From NCBI GenBank assembly GCA_963822965.1, contig CAWGJT010000005.1, forward strand, positions 1,408,001-1,472,000: a DNA stretch of 64,000 nucleotides, read 5' to 3'. Shown piece after piece: positions 50,253 to 60,202 of the stretch. How positions within the stretch are numbered: position 1 is the first letter of the stretch; every line of letters starts with the position of its first letter. The notes beneath the pieces are model-generated. The model did no database searches. It was not told where the DNA came from and was given only the letters and a program-made list of their open reading frames with translations. The stretch is from an uncultured delta proteobacterium. Lineage in GTDB: Bacteria > Myxococcota_A > UBA9160 > UBA4427. A program made the position numbers and the translations under genes.

Positions 50253-50792
50253 GTGAAGACAGTCAGATTCATGTGCTTTCCGCTGACAGAGCCACCTCCG
50301 TATTTCGCGACGGCAATCGTGGATGTCTTCCGCACACACGCCCCCGAAATCGGTACGGCCAACCCGGCCAAGGGACTCACCAGCGACAGGGTCCTATCCA
50401 TTCTAACGCCGGGCCTTGAGCAGCTTGGATTCGCGGTTGAGAAGGGGAAGACGAAGAAGGACAAGATCGAGCGCCCGGTGTTCTTCGGTGAAAACGGGGT
50501 GCCCACTCTTCGATATCAGATCGACGCGTACCATGAGGAGTGGCGATGCGGCCTTGAAGTGGAAGCCGGGAGAGCTTGGATGGGAAACGCGATCTACCGC
50601 GACCTCATCCAAGCGCTTGTGATGGTTCAAGTGGATCACCTGTGCCTGGCTGTATCGAACCAGTACCGGTACAAGTCGGGCGGGCGCGAGGTCTTCAGCA
50701 AGGACTTCGACAACGCCGTCGCGGTAGCCAGCGCGATCTACGGCCATAGCCGATTGACCCTTCCCTATAAGTTGACTGTCATCGGGTACTAA
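50253..50792 (+). CDS. Putative PD-(D/E)XK restriction-endonuclease-like protein
   Basis: YQIDAY....GLEVEAGRA..GNAIYRDL resembles a D...ExE nuclease core; RBS ggagggtgcgGTG. Confidence 0.55.
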   Translation: MKTVRFMCFPLTEPPPYFATAIVDVFRTHAPEIGTANPAKGLTSDRVLSILTPGLEQLGFAVEKGKTKKDKIERPVFFGENGVPTLRYQIDAYHEEWRCGLEVEAGRAWMGNAIYRDLIQALVMVQVDHLCLAVSNQYRYKSGGREVFSKDFDNAVAVASAIYGHSRLTLPYKLTVIGY

Positions 50793-51307
50793 CCTGGACC
50801 GTGGCACGGAGGGAGCAGCGTTCGGGCGGCCGTGCCAGCAAGCTGCCTGTCAAGTTCGTTTCGTTGAGCCTTCGCTAAAGGCACCCGAATGCCCAGGTTT
50901 CGACCCGAAGGCGACCATTACCCCGGCACACGCCATCTCACACCGTCGCCGTCGACCCGAGGAACTCAGCCGGCGGCTCCCGGACACAGGCTCCTCTAGG
51001 CCGCCTCGAAGCCGCCACACCGAGTTGGGTCGGGTAGTGCCGGCCGAGGGTCACACCCCGCGCCTGCGAAGAGGTTGGCCCCGAGCGGGCGTCGGTAGCG
51101 CGCGCCGCGTGGGCGATCTCACGGCGAAACCGAACCGCCCGACCTGGCAACAGAGACGAATGCGCGCGGCGGCCTCTTCGACGCTCTGAAGCCGCGGTCT
51201 CCGATTCGGAGTCCTCTAGACGCGATCGCCAAGGCGCCGCGGAATCGCGGAGATTTCTCAGGCGATGCGGGGGTGGAGGCGGGACGTCTCTGCCACAGCA
51301 GACTGAA

Positions 51308-51395
51308 TGGCGGAGAGAGTGGGATTCGAACCCACGGTACGTTGCCGTACACACGCTTTCCAAGCGTGCGCCTTAAGCCACTCGGCCATCTCTCC
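51308..51395 (-). tRNA. tRNA-Ser(GGA)
   Basis: GGAGAGATGGCCGAGTGG...CACGC-TTGGAAA-GCGTG, long variable arm, GTTCGAATC, ends CCGCCA. Confidence 0.97.
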
Positions 51396-51453
51396 GGAAA
51401 CCAGTCTGGAGCCGCCGCAAGCCGGCATCACGCGGCCGGCTCGCGGTAAAGCA

Positions 51454-51544
51454 TGGCGGAGAGGGAGGGATTCGAACCCTCGACAGGGTATTAGCCTGTA
51501 CACCCTTAGCAGGGGCGCGCTTTCGACCACTCAGCCACCTCTCC
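51454..51544 (-). tRNA. tRNA-Ser(GCT)
   Basis: GGAGAGGTGGCTGAGTGG...CGCCC-CTGCTAA-GGGTG, long variable arm, GTTCGAATC, ends CCGCCA. Confidence 0.97.
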
Positions 51545-51707
51545 GCGCCGGACGGGCACTTTAACGCATCTGCCCCGGACGGGTAAAAAGAGCTTTGAAA
51601 TCGGCCGGGTAAGGGGGCGGGGTCCGGCTTTCCCCTAGGGAGCGGGCGCGCCCGGCTTCGGGTAGCTTGCAGGGCCCTGCGGTTGCAGCCAACCGGTGGA
51701 GCCCCCC

Positions 51708-52859
51708 ATGAGCGACGTGACCTTCGACGTCCAGGAGATCCTCGAGGAGAGCCGCAAGGCCGCCGGCCTCGACGACTTCGGGCCGAACGACTTCCGGCCG
51801 GGCCTCGAGATGCTGGCCGCCACCTACGACCGGGGCGGCCTCAACGAGCGGGGCCGCAAGCGCAACCGCCGCCGCCTGGTCGACCTGCTGACCACCCGTC
51901 TGCGCATCGAGGACGCCTTCAAGCGGCATCCCGAGATCCGCCAACGCCCCATCGTGAAGCCCATGGTGCTGACGGGCATGCCGCGCTCGGGCACGTCGGC
52001 CCTCTTCAACCTGCTGGCGCGCGACCCGGCGGCGCGGCCCCTGCTCTTGTGGGAGTCGATGTTCCCCGACCCGCTCGAGGACCTCCCGCCCGGGCAGTCC
52101 GACCCGCGACGCGACGCCATCGAGGCGCACTACGCGAAGGCTCGGGCCGAGAACCCCGAGTTCACGAAGATGCACTACACGGCGGCCGACAACCCCGAGG
52201 AGTGCGTGCTCGTCCAGGCGTTCACGTTCCACGGCGTGCAGATGGGCGTGGAGATCATGCTCGAGCCCTACGGCTCGTGGTACCGCCAGCAGGACCTGGG
52301 CCCCATGTACGCCTATTACAAGGACCTGCTGCGGCTGCTCGACTGGCAGCGGCCCGGCGAGCGCTGGCTGCTGAAGGCGCCGGCGCACATGTGGGGCATC
52401 GACCCGCTGATCGAGAACTTCCCCGACGTCTCCATCGTCTGGAGTCACCGCGACCCGCTCATGTGCACGGCTTCCATCTGCAGCATGACGTGGACCATGC
52501 TGCACCCGGTGGCGGACGTGACGCGCGAGGCGCTGGGCCCGGTGGTGATGGACTTCTACGCGACGTCCCTCGAGCGCGGTCTCGAAGCGCGCGACCGCCA
52601 CGACCCGGCGCGCTTCGTGGACGTCACCCACGACGACTTCGTGGACGACTCGCTGGCCGTCGTGCGGCGCATCTACGACCGCTTCGGAATGCCGGTGACC
52701 GACGCGGCGGAGGGCGCCTTCGAGGCGCACGTGGCCGCGAATCCCCGGGGCAAGCACGGCAAGCACGAGTACTCGCTCGAGGAGTACGGGCTCGACCCCC
52801 AGCAGGTGCGCGAACGCTTCGCGCCCTACGTCGAGCGCTTCCGCATCTCGGGCAACTGA
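51708..52859 (+). CDS. Sulfotransferase family protein
   Basis: PAPS-binding TGMPRSGTS, WLLKAPAH, HRDP, KHEYSLEEYG. Confidence 0.9.
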   Translation: MSDVTFDVQEILEESRKAAGLDDFGPNDFRPGLEMLAATYDRGGLNERGRKRNRRRLVDLLTTRLRIEDAFKRHPEIRQRPIVKPMVLTGMPRSGTSALFNLLARDPAARPLLLWESMFPDPLEDLPPGQSDPRRDAIEAHYAKARAENPEFTKMHYTAADNPEECVLVQAFTFHGVQMGVEIMLEPYGSWYRQQDLGPMYAYYKDLLRLLDWQRPGERWLLKAPAHMWGIDPLIENFPDVSIVWSHRDPLMCTASICSMTWTMLHPVADVTREALGPVVMDFYATSLERGLEARDRHDPARFVDVTHDDFVDDSLAVVRRIYDRFGMPVTDAAEGAFEAHVAANPRGKHGKHEYSLEEYGLDPQQVRERFAPYVERFRISGN

Positions 52860-52936
52860 GCAGACGGCACGCGGGCAGCCGGAGCCCGCGAAGAGCCGCA
52901 AGCAAGGGCCGCAAGCAAGGAGCAAGGAGAGAAGGC

Positions 52937-54047
52937 ATGGGCGACGAAGCCGTCGACAAGGTGATGAGCGCTGCGGCGTGGACCGAGTTCTGCGACCTGC
53001 TGAAGAAGGCGGGGGACGTGATCCTGCGCGAGGACCTCGAAACCGACGCCTTCGACCGCGGCGAGGGGCTCCGCTACCTGTCGCGCCTGCTGCGCGCGGG
53101 GCTGCACTCGTTCGCCGAGAACCCGGGCCCGCTGAACCCGCGCTTCCGCACCATGCCCGACAACGTGAAGATGGGCCTCGACAACCCGGACAACTACTAC
53201 GTCGGCGCGCCCGTCAACCCGCGGTACACGTACCGCATCCGCGGCCGGCGGGGCACGATCCACTACATGAGCTTCGCGGCCCAGAGCCAGAACTTCGCCG
53301 CGCGCGAGAAGATCGCCGGCGGCGCCGGGCCACCTGGAAGACCGCCAGCTCGAGCTGCTGCCCGACGGCAGCTTCGAGATCATCGCCAGCCAGAAGGAGC
53401 ACCCCGGCAACTGGCTGCAGATGAACGAGCACACCTCGCAGATCCTGCTGCGGCAGACCTTTCTCGACCGGCTCTCCGAGAAGCCCGTGGAGGTGTCGAT
53501 CGAGTGCCTCGACGCCCACGAGCCGGCGGCGCCGCTCGACCCGGCGCGCGTGCCGGGAATGCTGATGGGCGGCGCCATGTACGCCATCGGCTGCGCCCAG
53601 TGGTTCGCCGACTGGGTGGTGGAGTTCAAGGACAAGGCCCCCGTCAACGCCTTCCACCTGCCCGGCGAAGAGCAGCACCGGCTCGTGGGCGGCGACCCGA
53701 ACATCCGCCTGTGGCTGGGACAGTGGGAGCTCGCGCAGGACGAGGCGCTCGTCATCGAGGCGAAGCCGCCCCGGTGCGACTACTGGAACTTCCAGCTCGG
53801 CAACATCTGGGCCGAGTCGCTCGACTTCCGCAACCGCACCGTCCACACCAACAGCCACACCACGAAGTACGCCGACGACGGCTCGTTCACCCTGGTGGTG
53901 GCCCACGAAGACCCGGGCCTGCCGAACTGGATGGATACCTCGGGCCACCGCCACGGCACCATGGGCCTGCGCTGGGTGCGCGCCGACGCCCTGCCCGAGC
54001 CGAAGTGCCGGGTGGTGAAGCTCTCCGAGCTGGCCGCCCAGGGCTGA
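52937..54047 (+). CDS. DUF1214-domain protein with +1 frameshift near 53328
   Basis: EGLRYLSRL, KMGLDNPDNYY, YRIRG.RG in frame 1; DGSFEII, YWNFQL.N.WAESLD, DPGLPNWMDT.GH..G..RW in frame 2. Confidence 0.8.
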
Positions 54048-54085
54048 CGAACCTGCCGGATGGGCTGGCGGCCCGAGCCGACCGC

Positions 54086-54700
54086 ATGATTCTCGACGCC
54101 TCACTCCGCCTGGCAGGCATCGGTCTGCTGGCCACGCTCGCGCTGGCCTGCCACCGCGAGGCCGCTTCGGTGGCGTCACCCGCGACCGGAGTGTCGACGG
54201 CCTCCGTCTCCGCCGAAGCTGTGCCTGCGGCACCGGCGGCGGGCGCGTGCGCTCCCGTCGAAGCGCTGAACGCCATGGACACCCGACAGTCGGTTCCGCT
54301 GCAGCCGATGATGGCCTGGCACCAGAAGCAGGACATGATGGAGCACCTGGAGGTCATCCAGCGCATCACCGACGGGCTCGCGCGCGAAGATTGGGACGCG
54401 ATCGCCGAGGCGTCCGCGCTCATCGAGTCGTCGCCGCAGATGCAGCAGGTTTGTGAGCACATGGGTGCGGGCGCCGAGGGCTTCACCGAGAGGGCCCTCG
54501 ACTTCCACCGACGCGCCGACGCGATCCGCGAGGCCGCACTCGCGCACGACGGGCCGGGTGTGCTGCGGGCCACGTCGAGCACGCTGCAGGCGTGCACGAG
54601 CTGCCACGCGACCTATCGCCAGGACGTGGTCGACGCCGCGACCTGGCAGGCGCGGACGGGCTCCGCTCACGATCCCGCGATGATGGACGGCAAGCACTGA
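54086..54700 (+). CDS. Cytochrome c'-like lipoprotein
   Basis: Lipobox LALAC; helical body with a single C-terminal CTSCH. Confidence 0.75.
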   Translation: MILDASLRLAGIGLLATLALACHREAASVASPATGVSTASVSAEAVPAAPAAGACAPVEALNAMDTRQSVPLQPMMAWHQKQDMMEHLEVIQRITDGLAREDWDAIAEASALIESSPQMQQVCEHMGAGAEGFTERALDFHRRADAIREAALAHDGPGVLRATSSTLQACTSCHATYRQDVVDAATWQARTGSAHDPAMMDGKH

Positions 54701-54751
54701 CGGTGGCTCTGCAGGTCGTCCCGGCCAAGGCGATGCTTCGGGCTCTCGGGC

Positions 54752-55654
54752 CTACTCGACGCGGAGCCTGGGCGTGCCGCCCGGGAACTTGGGTCCGGTC
54801 AGGTACCGCAGGGTCGACTCCTGGGTGCAGGAGGCGACGAGATGGCCGTGCACGTCGTAGAGCAGGCCTCGCCCGACGGCACGGCCGCCCCAGGCAGCGG
54901 GGCTGTCGAGCTCGAAGAGCATCCACTCGTCGACGCGGAAGGGACGGTGGAACCAGATGGCGTGGTCGAGGCTGGCCGTCTGCATGTCCATCGTGTTCAC
55001 CGGGTGGGGATCCAGTGCCGCCGACATGATCGCGTAGTCCGATGCGTACGCGAAGCACGCCTGGTGCAGCGCGGGGTCGTCGGGCAGGCGGCTGCGGAAG
55101 CGCATCCAGCAGCGGGCGCTCGGTGGCCGCACTTCGCGCGAGAACAAGCCCAGGCCGCCCACGGCCCGGATCTCGACGGCCAGCTCGAATTCGAGCTCCC
55201 CGATGGTGTCGCCGCCGGGCACCATCACACGTAGCATCGTCTCCTCGTAGCTCTCGCCCTCGGGCTCCGCGACCTCGTCCATCGGAATCTGGTGCTCGGG
55301 CCCCGTCTCGGGCATGTGGTGCGATACGAGCATCTCGAGGATCGGCGTGTCGTCCTGGCTCGCCACGACCTGGTTGGTCTCGAACGCCCGGGACCGGCGG
55401 CGCAGGTCGACGCGAAAGCGGATCGGCCGGGTCGGGTCGCCCCGCTTCAGGAAGTAGGCGTGGAGCGAGTTCGCGGGATGGCCGCGCGAGCAGTGCTGGG
55501 ACGCGACGAGCGCCTGGGCCAGCACCTGCCCCCCGAAGAGGTGGACGCCGCCGTGGCTCTCGCAGTCGCCTTCGAAAGAGTCGCCTTCGAAAGAGTCGTC
55601 TTCGACCTGGTTCAGGTTCAGGACCGAGAGCAGTCTGTCGATCGATTCCGTCAT
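54752..55654 (-). CDS. tesB: Acyl-CoA thioesterase II
   Basis: LFGGQVLAQAL, SLHAYFL, AYASD, ASLDHAIWFHRPF, ASCTQE. Confidence 0.9.
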   Translation of the reverse strand: MTESIDRLLSVLNLNQVEDDSFEGDSFEGDCESHGGVHLFGGQVLAQALVASQHCSRGHPANSLHAYFLKRGDPTRPIRFRVDLRRRSRAFETNQVVASQDDTPILEMLVSHHMPETGPEHQIPMDEVAEPEGESYEETMLRVMVPGGDTIGELEFELAVEIRAVGGLGLFSREVRPPSARCWMRFRSRLPDDPALHQACFAYASDYAIMSAALDPHPVNTMDMQTASLDHAIWFHRPFRVDEWMLFELDSPAAWGGRAVGRGLLYDVHGHLVASCTQESTLRYLTGPKFPGGTPRLRVE

Positions 55655-55714
55655 GGCGGCGGCGAGTCTACCGACTCCGGGCCGGCGTCACGTGAGCCGG
55701 GCCCGCAGCGCCCG

Positions 55715-56263
55715 TCAGGAGCCGGGCGGGCCGGTGCTCACCGCGGTCGCCGAGGCGGCCAGGTCATCGGGGGTCCGCCGGAAGGTGAGCTCGTAGTCGA
55801 GCAGGTCCGGCAGCAGGTGGGAGTGCGTGGTCACGTGCATGGTGAGGCGCCCGCCGTCGTCGCTCAGCTGGAAGCGCGTCTCCCGCTTGCCCTCGAAGCT
55901 CGATTGTCGCAGCACGAGGGCGCCGTGCTCGTAGCGGGCGTCGTGGGGGAAGTCCGGAGCCCCGACGACCTCGAGCCGGATGCCCGCGTCGCCCGCCCGG
56001 ATCTCGATCCGCTCGGGCACGCGGACGCTGCGCTCGAGGCGGCGCCGCGCAAGGCCGCGCAGCAGCGGATTGAAGCGCTCGACGAGGTCGTCGACCGTTC
56101 CCTTCAGCGAGCGCGCCTCCTGCTCGCCTCCCGCGAAGCCGTAGCTGCCGAGAAACCGGGTCGGGTCGAGGCGGGGCCCGGCACCGTCCGCCCACGCGGC
56201 GCCCGAGATCCCGAGCAGAGAGAGCATCAGCAACGTCAGCAGCAGTCGGGGGAGACGGGGCAT
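55715..56263 (-). CDS. Hypothetical exported protein
   Basis: Signal peptide MPRLPRLLLTLLMLSLLGISGAAWA; directly downstream of TetR. Confidence 0.6.
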   Translation of the reverse strand: MPRLPRLLLTLLMLSLLGISGAAWADGAGPRLDPTRFLGSYGFAGGEQEARSLKGTVDDLVERFNPLLRGLARRRLERSVRVPERIEIRAGDAGIRLEVVGAPDFPHDARYEHGALVLRQSSFEGKRETRFQLSDDGGRLTMHVTTHSHLLPDLLDYELTFRRTPDDLAASATAVSTGPPGS

Positions 56264-56272
56264 GGGCTCGGA

Positions 56273-56899
56273 TCAGGTCCTCGTGAACTCGCGGATGAGC
56301 CCGGCCGCACCGCGACCCAGGCAGGCGACCGCCTCCTCGCGACCGACCTGGCCGGAGAGCCACAGCTCGACGACCGCCGGAATCGTGGCGGCGATCATCG
56401 ATGTGAGCACCAGCGCGTCCCGCTCGGGCGCGCCGGTCACCTCCTGCACGCGCGCGAGCCACGGGCCGGCGACCTCGGCGCGCACCTTGCGGGCGACGCT
56501 CTCGATGTCGGGGTCGGGGCCGGCCGAGTTCAGCAGTCGCCAGACGCCGGCGCCGTGCTCGGAGACGGCGTCGCACACGTCGTTGAAGAGCCGCTCGAGC
56601 AGCCCCTCGACGTCGGCCAGGCCCGCGTCGGCCAGAGACGCCTCGACGCGAAGCTGCAGCAGCTTTCCGAACTCCTCCAGCAGATCGAGCAGGATCGCCT
56701 GGCGGTTGGGAAAGAACTTGTAGACGACGGCCCGCGAGACGCCGGCGCCCTCGGCCACGTCCGGGATGCGAACCCCGTCGACACCCTGACTGGTGAGCAG
56801 CTCCGCGGCGACCACGAGCAGCTGGGCGCGGCGGTCGGCCGCCCACAGTCGTCCGTGGGAAGGAGGCTCGACGAGCTCGAGATTGCGGCGAGGGGGCAA
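56273..56899 (-). CDS. TetR/AcrR family regulator
   Basis: RRAQLL..A..L....GVDGVRIPDVAEGAGVSRAVVYKFF. Confidence 0.88.
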   Translation of the reverse strand: MPPRRNLELVEPPSHGRLWAADRRAQLLVVAAELLTSQGVDGVRIPDVAEGAGVSRAVVYKFFPNRQAILLDLLEEFGKLLQLRVEASLADAGLADVEGLLERLFNDVCDAVSEHGAGVWRLLNSAGPDPDIESVARKVRAEVAGPWLARVQEVTGAPERDALVLTSMIAATIPAVVELWLSGQVGREEAVACLGRGAAGLIREFTRT

Positions 56900-57074
56900 G
56901 GGGGTTTCTCAGTAAATCCAGCGAAGTGACGAATTGTATAGATGTCTAGGCAAGGCGCAACCTCTCCGCGTGAGCGCCCTGGCGCCCGGCACCCCCCCCC
57001 GCGGCCCCTGGCTCCCGCCCCTGCCTCGCGTCCTCCGGTCTCGAGGACCCCATCCGGACCGACCGCTCCGGGAC

Positions 57075-57908
57075 TCAGCCCCAGGTCACCACGTTCTCGA
57101 GCAACCGGCCGTTCGGCACGCTCCACGACTTGGAGTCGCTACGGATCAGGGTCTCGGTGGCCCCGACACGCTCGACCACCCCGCGTTCGCCCTCGACGAT
57201 CACGAAGCCGTCCCGGGGCAGCGACTGCTTCAGGAAGTGACCGGCCAAGATATGGGTGACGATCGGGCGCGCGCCCAACGCAAACGCGAGACCCGCCGAG
57301 AGCACGATCGCGCCGACGACTGCGGTGAGCGGTGCCACGAGCACCTCGGTGGCGATCCCGAGCTGCTCGACCGCCACGAACCCGATCAGCACCACCATCG
57401 TCCACTGCACCGCCGCGCCGAGACGAGGCGCGCTGGCAAGGTCGGCGGCCGCCGCCGCCGAGCGAACGAACGCGCCGAGCAGGCGCGCCCCGAGCACGCC
57501 GAGGAGGGTGATCATGCCCGCGCCCACGACATTGGGGATGTACGAGATCAGGCGGTCGATGGTAGTCGTCACCGCCGAGAGCCCGAGCGTCTCGACCGCC
57601 GACAGGAAGGCCGTCAGCATCACCGCCCAGAAGACCGCCTTCGCCACGAGCTGCGACGCGGAAAGGCGGACCTGCGCCCGTTGCAACAATGTGGAGAGCT
57701 CGAGCCGCGCCGCGGCACGATCCAGTCCGAGTGTGCGCAGGGCGCGGCTGCTCGCGATCTCGAGGCCTCGCGCCAGCAGCCAGCCCACGCCGAGGATTGC
57801 GAACGCAGCCACGAGGTTCGGGACGAAGCCCGTCACCTTCGCCCCCAGCGCCGACCCGGTGTTCACGAAGATCTCCCGCCACGCCGCGATGTCCCAGAAT
57901 CCTTCCAT
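57075..57908 (-). CDS. Small-conductance mechanosensitive-channel-like (TM-helix repeat) protein
   Basis: FVPNLVAA..ILGVGW, YIPNVVGA, ALGARP...ILAG, C-terminal beta domain SVPN. Confidence 0.8.
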   Translation of the reverse strand: MEGFWDIAAWREIFVNTGSALGAKVTGFVPNLVAAFAILGVGWLLARGLEIASSRALRTLGLDRAAARLELSTLLQRAQVRLSASQLVAKAVFWAVMLTAFLSAVETLGLSAVTTTIDRLISYIPNVVGAGMITLLGVLGARLLGAFVRSAAAAADLASAPRLGAAVQWTMVVLIGFVAVEQLGIATEVLVAPLTAVVGAIVLSAGLAFALGARPIVTHILAGHFLKQSLPRDGFVIVEGERGVVERVGATETLIRSDSKSWSVPNGRLLENVVTWG

Positions 57909-58016
57909 GGTCCGCCTCCTGACCCACCCGAGAGCACGAGCCGACGGTCGACGGGCGCCGTGCCCGCGATACGCGACTCTGCCTTACCATGATCGTAGAC
58001 GAAGGGAGGAGGCCAC

Positions 58017-58838
58017 ATGACCCTGGAGTCCCAGATGGCCGACACGCTGGTGCGCGATCACCCGCGGCGGGCAGCGGCAGTCCTCGAGAGGCTGGGAACC
58101 GACGTCACGACGGCCTTCCTGAAGGGACTGGGCCCGGACGACCTCGCCCGGGTGTTGCCGCTTCTCTCCCCGCACTTCGGTGCCGCGGTGATCGCGGCCC
58201 TTCCCAATGCGAAGCTCGCGCAGATGCTCGAGCGGCTGCCCCACGACGTCGCAGTGCGGGTGGGACGCCGGCTGGGCGAGGACACCGCGGACGTGCTGGA
58301 CCGGCTGCCGGCGGACAAGTCCGACACGCTGCGCGCGCTGCTGCGCTTCTCGCCGGACACGGCGGGCGGCATGATGGACCCCCGCGTGCTGGCGCTTCCC
58401 GAAGACCTGACGGCAGCGGAGGCGCTGGGGCGCGTGCGTGAGATGCCGGAGAATGCCCGCTACAACCTGTACGTCGTGGACCGGGAGCAGACCCTGGTCG
58501 GGGTATTGAACCTGCGCGAGCTCTTTCTCGCGCGTCCCGACAGTCGTCTCGCGGACCTGATGGTGCGCAACCCCCAGCGGCTTTCGGCCGACGCCGGCCG
58601 CGCGACCATCGTGTCGCACCCGGGCTGGCGCGAGGCGCACGCAATCCCGGTGGTGGACGAGCAGGGCCGCTATCTGGGCGCTCTGCGCTACCGCACCCTG
58701 CGCCTGCTCGAGGAATCGATGCGCGTCCGGGAACCGAGCGAAGCACCCCGAGCGCTGGGCGAGCTACTGGCCATCGGTGCGGGCGCGCTCCTGAACGCCC
58801 TGACCGAGCCGGGCGATCGCGCGGACCGTCGAGGATGA
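58017..58838 (+). CDS. MgtE intracellular N-domain/CBS protein
   Basis: FSPDTAGGMMDP, LYVVD...LVGVL.LREL, IPVVD; no TM domain. Confidence 0.8.
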   Translation: MTLESQMADTLVRDHPRRAAAVLERLGTDVTTAFLKGLGPDDLARVLPLLSPHFGAAVIAALPNAKLAQMLERLPHDVAVRVGRRLGEDTADVLDRLPADKSDTLRALLRFSPDTAGGMMDPRVLALPEDLTAAEALGRVREMPENARYNLYVVDREQTLVGVLNLRELFLARPDSRLADLMVRNPQRLSADAGRATIVSHPGWREAHAIPVVDEQGRYLGALRYRTLRLLEESMRVREPSEAPRALGELLAIGAGALLNALTEPGDRADRRG

Positions 58839-58845
58839 GCCCGCC

Positions 58846-60162
58846 ATGGCCCGGCACACCTCCGCATCGACGCTCGCTCTGGGGACCCTGGCACGCACCC
58901 TGCTCGAGGAGCAGCCCGATCGCGCCGCTCGACTGTTGGAGACCGCAGCGGACGCGGAGAGCGCCGAGCTGCTGGGCGAGCACGGCGCCGACCTCGCGAT
59001 CGGCGTGATCCGCCTGCTCACGCCGGATCGCGCAGCCCGGGTGATCGCGGCTCTCCCGGAGCGGGTTCGCGCCAGCGTGCTGACCGGGTTGAACCCGAAC
59101 CGCGCGGCCGCGCTCCTGGCTCGACTCGACGAGGACGAGCGCGAGGCCTGCCTCGTCGGCATGGATCCGAGCTTCGCCGACGAGCTACGGGAGCTGGGCC
59201 GCTACCCGCCCGATTCGGCCGGCGGACTGATGGATCCCCGGGTCGTGACCTTCCGTCCCGACGCCAGCGTGCGCGATGTCGTCCGGCGCCTCCGCCGCTT
59301 CCGCAACCGTCGCATCAACGACGTCTTCCTGGTGGACGCCGAGGGCAAGCTCGTCGGATCCGTGCCGTTGCAGGACATCGTGCTGGCTGGCAGCGGCGAT
59401 ACCCTCGGGAGCCTCGCCTCGGGCACGCCGGTCAGCGTGGAGGCACTGGCCTCCCGCGAGGAGGTCGTCCAGACCTTCGAGACCCACCGCGCCGCGAGCC
59501 TGCCGGTCGTGGACTTCGACGGCCGCATCCTCGGGGTGCTGCGCCAACGCGAGATCGTCCAGGCCGCCCAGTTGGAGGCCACGGCGAGCGCCGTCACGAT
59601 GGTCGGTGCCAGCGAGCAGGAGCGCGCCCTCTCCTCTCCCTGGTTCGCGGTGCGAAAGCGACTGCCGTGGCTGCAGGTGAACCTGTTGACCGCGTTCCTG
59701 GCGGCCGCCGTGGTGGGCCTCTTCGAGCAGACCATCGCCCAGGTGACTGCGCTGGCCGTGCTGCTGCCCGTCGTGGCGGGACAATCGGGGAATACCGGCG
59801 CCCAGGCGCTGGCGGTGACCATGCGCGGCCTGGCCCTCCGCGAGGTGAGGACCGGCCAGTGGCTGAAGGTCGCCGCCAAGGAGCTGACGGCGGGAGCCGG
59901 CAACGGTCTCGCTGTGGCCCTGACCACCTCGCTCGCCGTCTACTTGTGGAGCGGGTCCCCGGCCCTCGCGGGCGTGATCGGCACCTCGATGATCATCTCC
60001 ATGACCCTGGCCGGGCTCTCGGGCGCGACCATCCCGATGATCCTCACGGCGGTGGGGCAAGATCCGGCCCAGTCGTCGTCGATCGTGCTGACGACCGTGA
60101 CGGACGTGGTCGGCTTCTTCACCTTCCTCGGCATCGCCAGCCTGCTGGCGAGCTACCTGTGA
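58846..60162 (+). CDS. mgtE: Magnesium transporter MgtE
   Basis: YPPDSAGGLM, CBS pair, KRLPWL.VNL, GNTGAQA, DPA..S...TT.TDVVG. Confidence 0.93.
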   Translation: MARHTSASTLALGTLARTLLEEQPDRAARLLETAADAESAELLGEHGADLAIGVIRLLTPDRAARVIAALPERVRASVLTGLNPNRAAALLARLDEDEREACLVGMDPSFADELRELGRYPPDSAGGLMDPRVVTFRPDASVRDVVRRLRRFRNRRINDVFLVDAEGKLVGSVPLQDIVLAGSGDTLGSLASGTPVSVEALASREEVVQTFETHRAASLPVVDFDGRILGVLRQREIVQAAQLEATASAVTMVGASEQERALSSPWFAVRKRLPWLQVNLLTAFLAAAVVGLFEQTIAQVTALAVLLPVVAGQSGNTGAQALAVTMRGLALREVRTGQWLKVAAKELTAGAGNGLAVALTTSLAVYLWSGSPALAGVIGTSMIISMTLAGLSGATIPMILTAVGQDPAQSSSIVLTTVTDVVGFFTFLGIASLLASYL

Positions 60163-60202
60163 CCGGCACGCGCCTTCTCGTCCTGGCGAGCGGGTCCGAT
60201 GC

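Noticed and set aside
52898..52930. gcaagcaagg short repeats
   Set aside because: Short purine-rich intergenic sequence around the RBS; too weak to call.
53320..53335. Programmed frameshift in the DUF1214 gene
   Set aside because: No slippery heptamer; a single extra base in a GGG/CC run is more likely a sequencing error or point mutation.
51683..54700. 1005-aa ORF
   Set aside because: Stop-free frame in high-GC DNA joining the DUF1214 5' half and the cytochrome c' gene with off-frame sequence.
55565..55600. 15-bp tandem duplication in tesB (DSFEG twice)
   Set aside because: Short in-frame duplication in a variable N-terminal region; no evidence of function.
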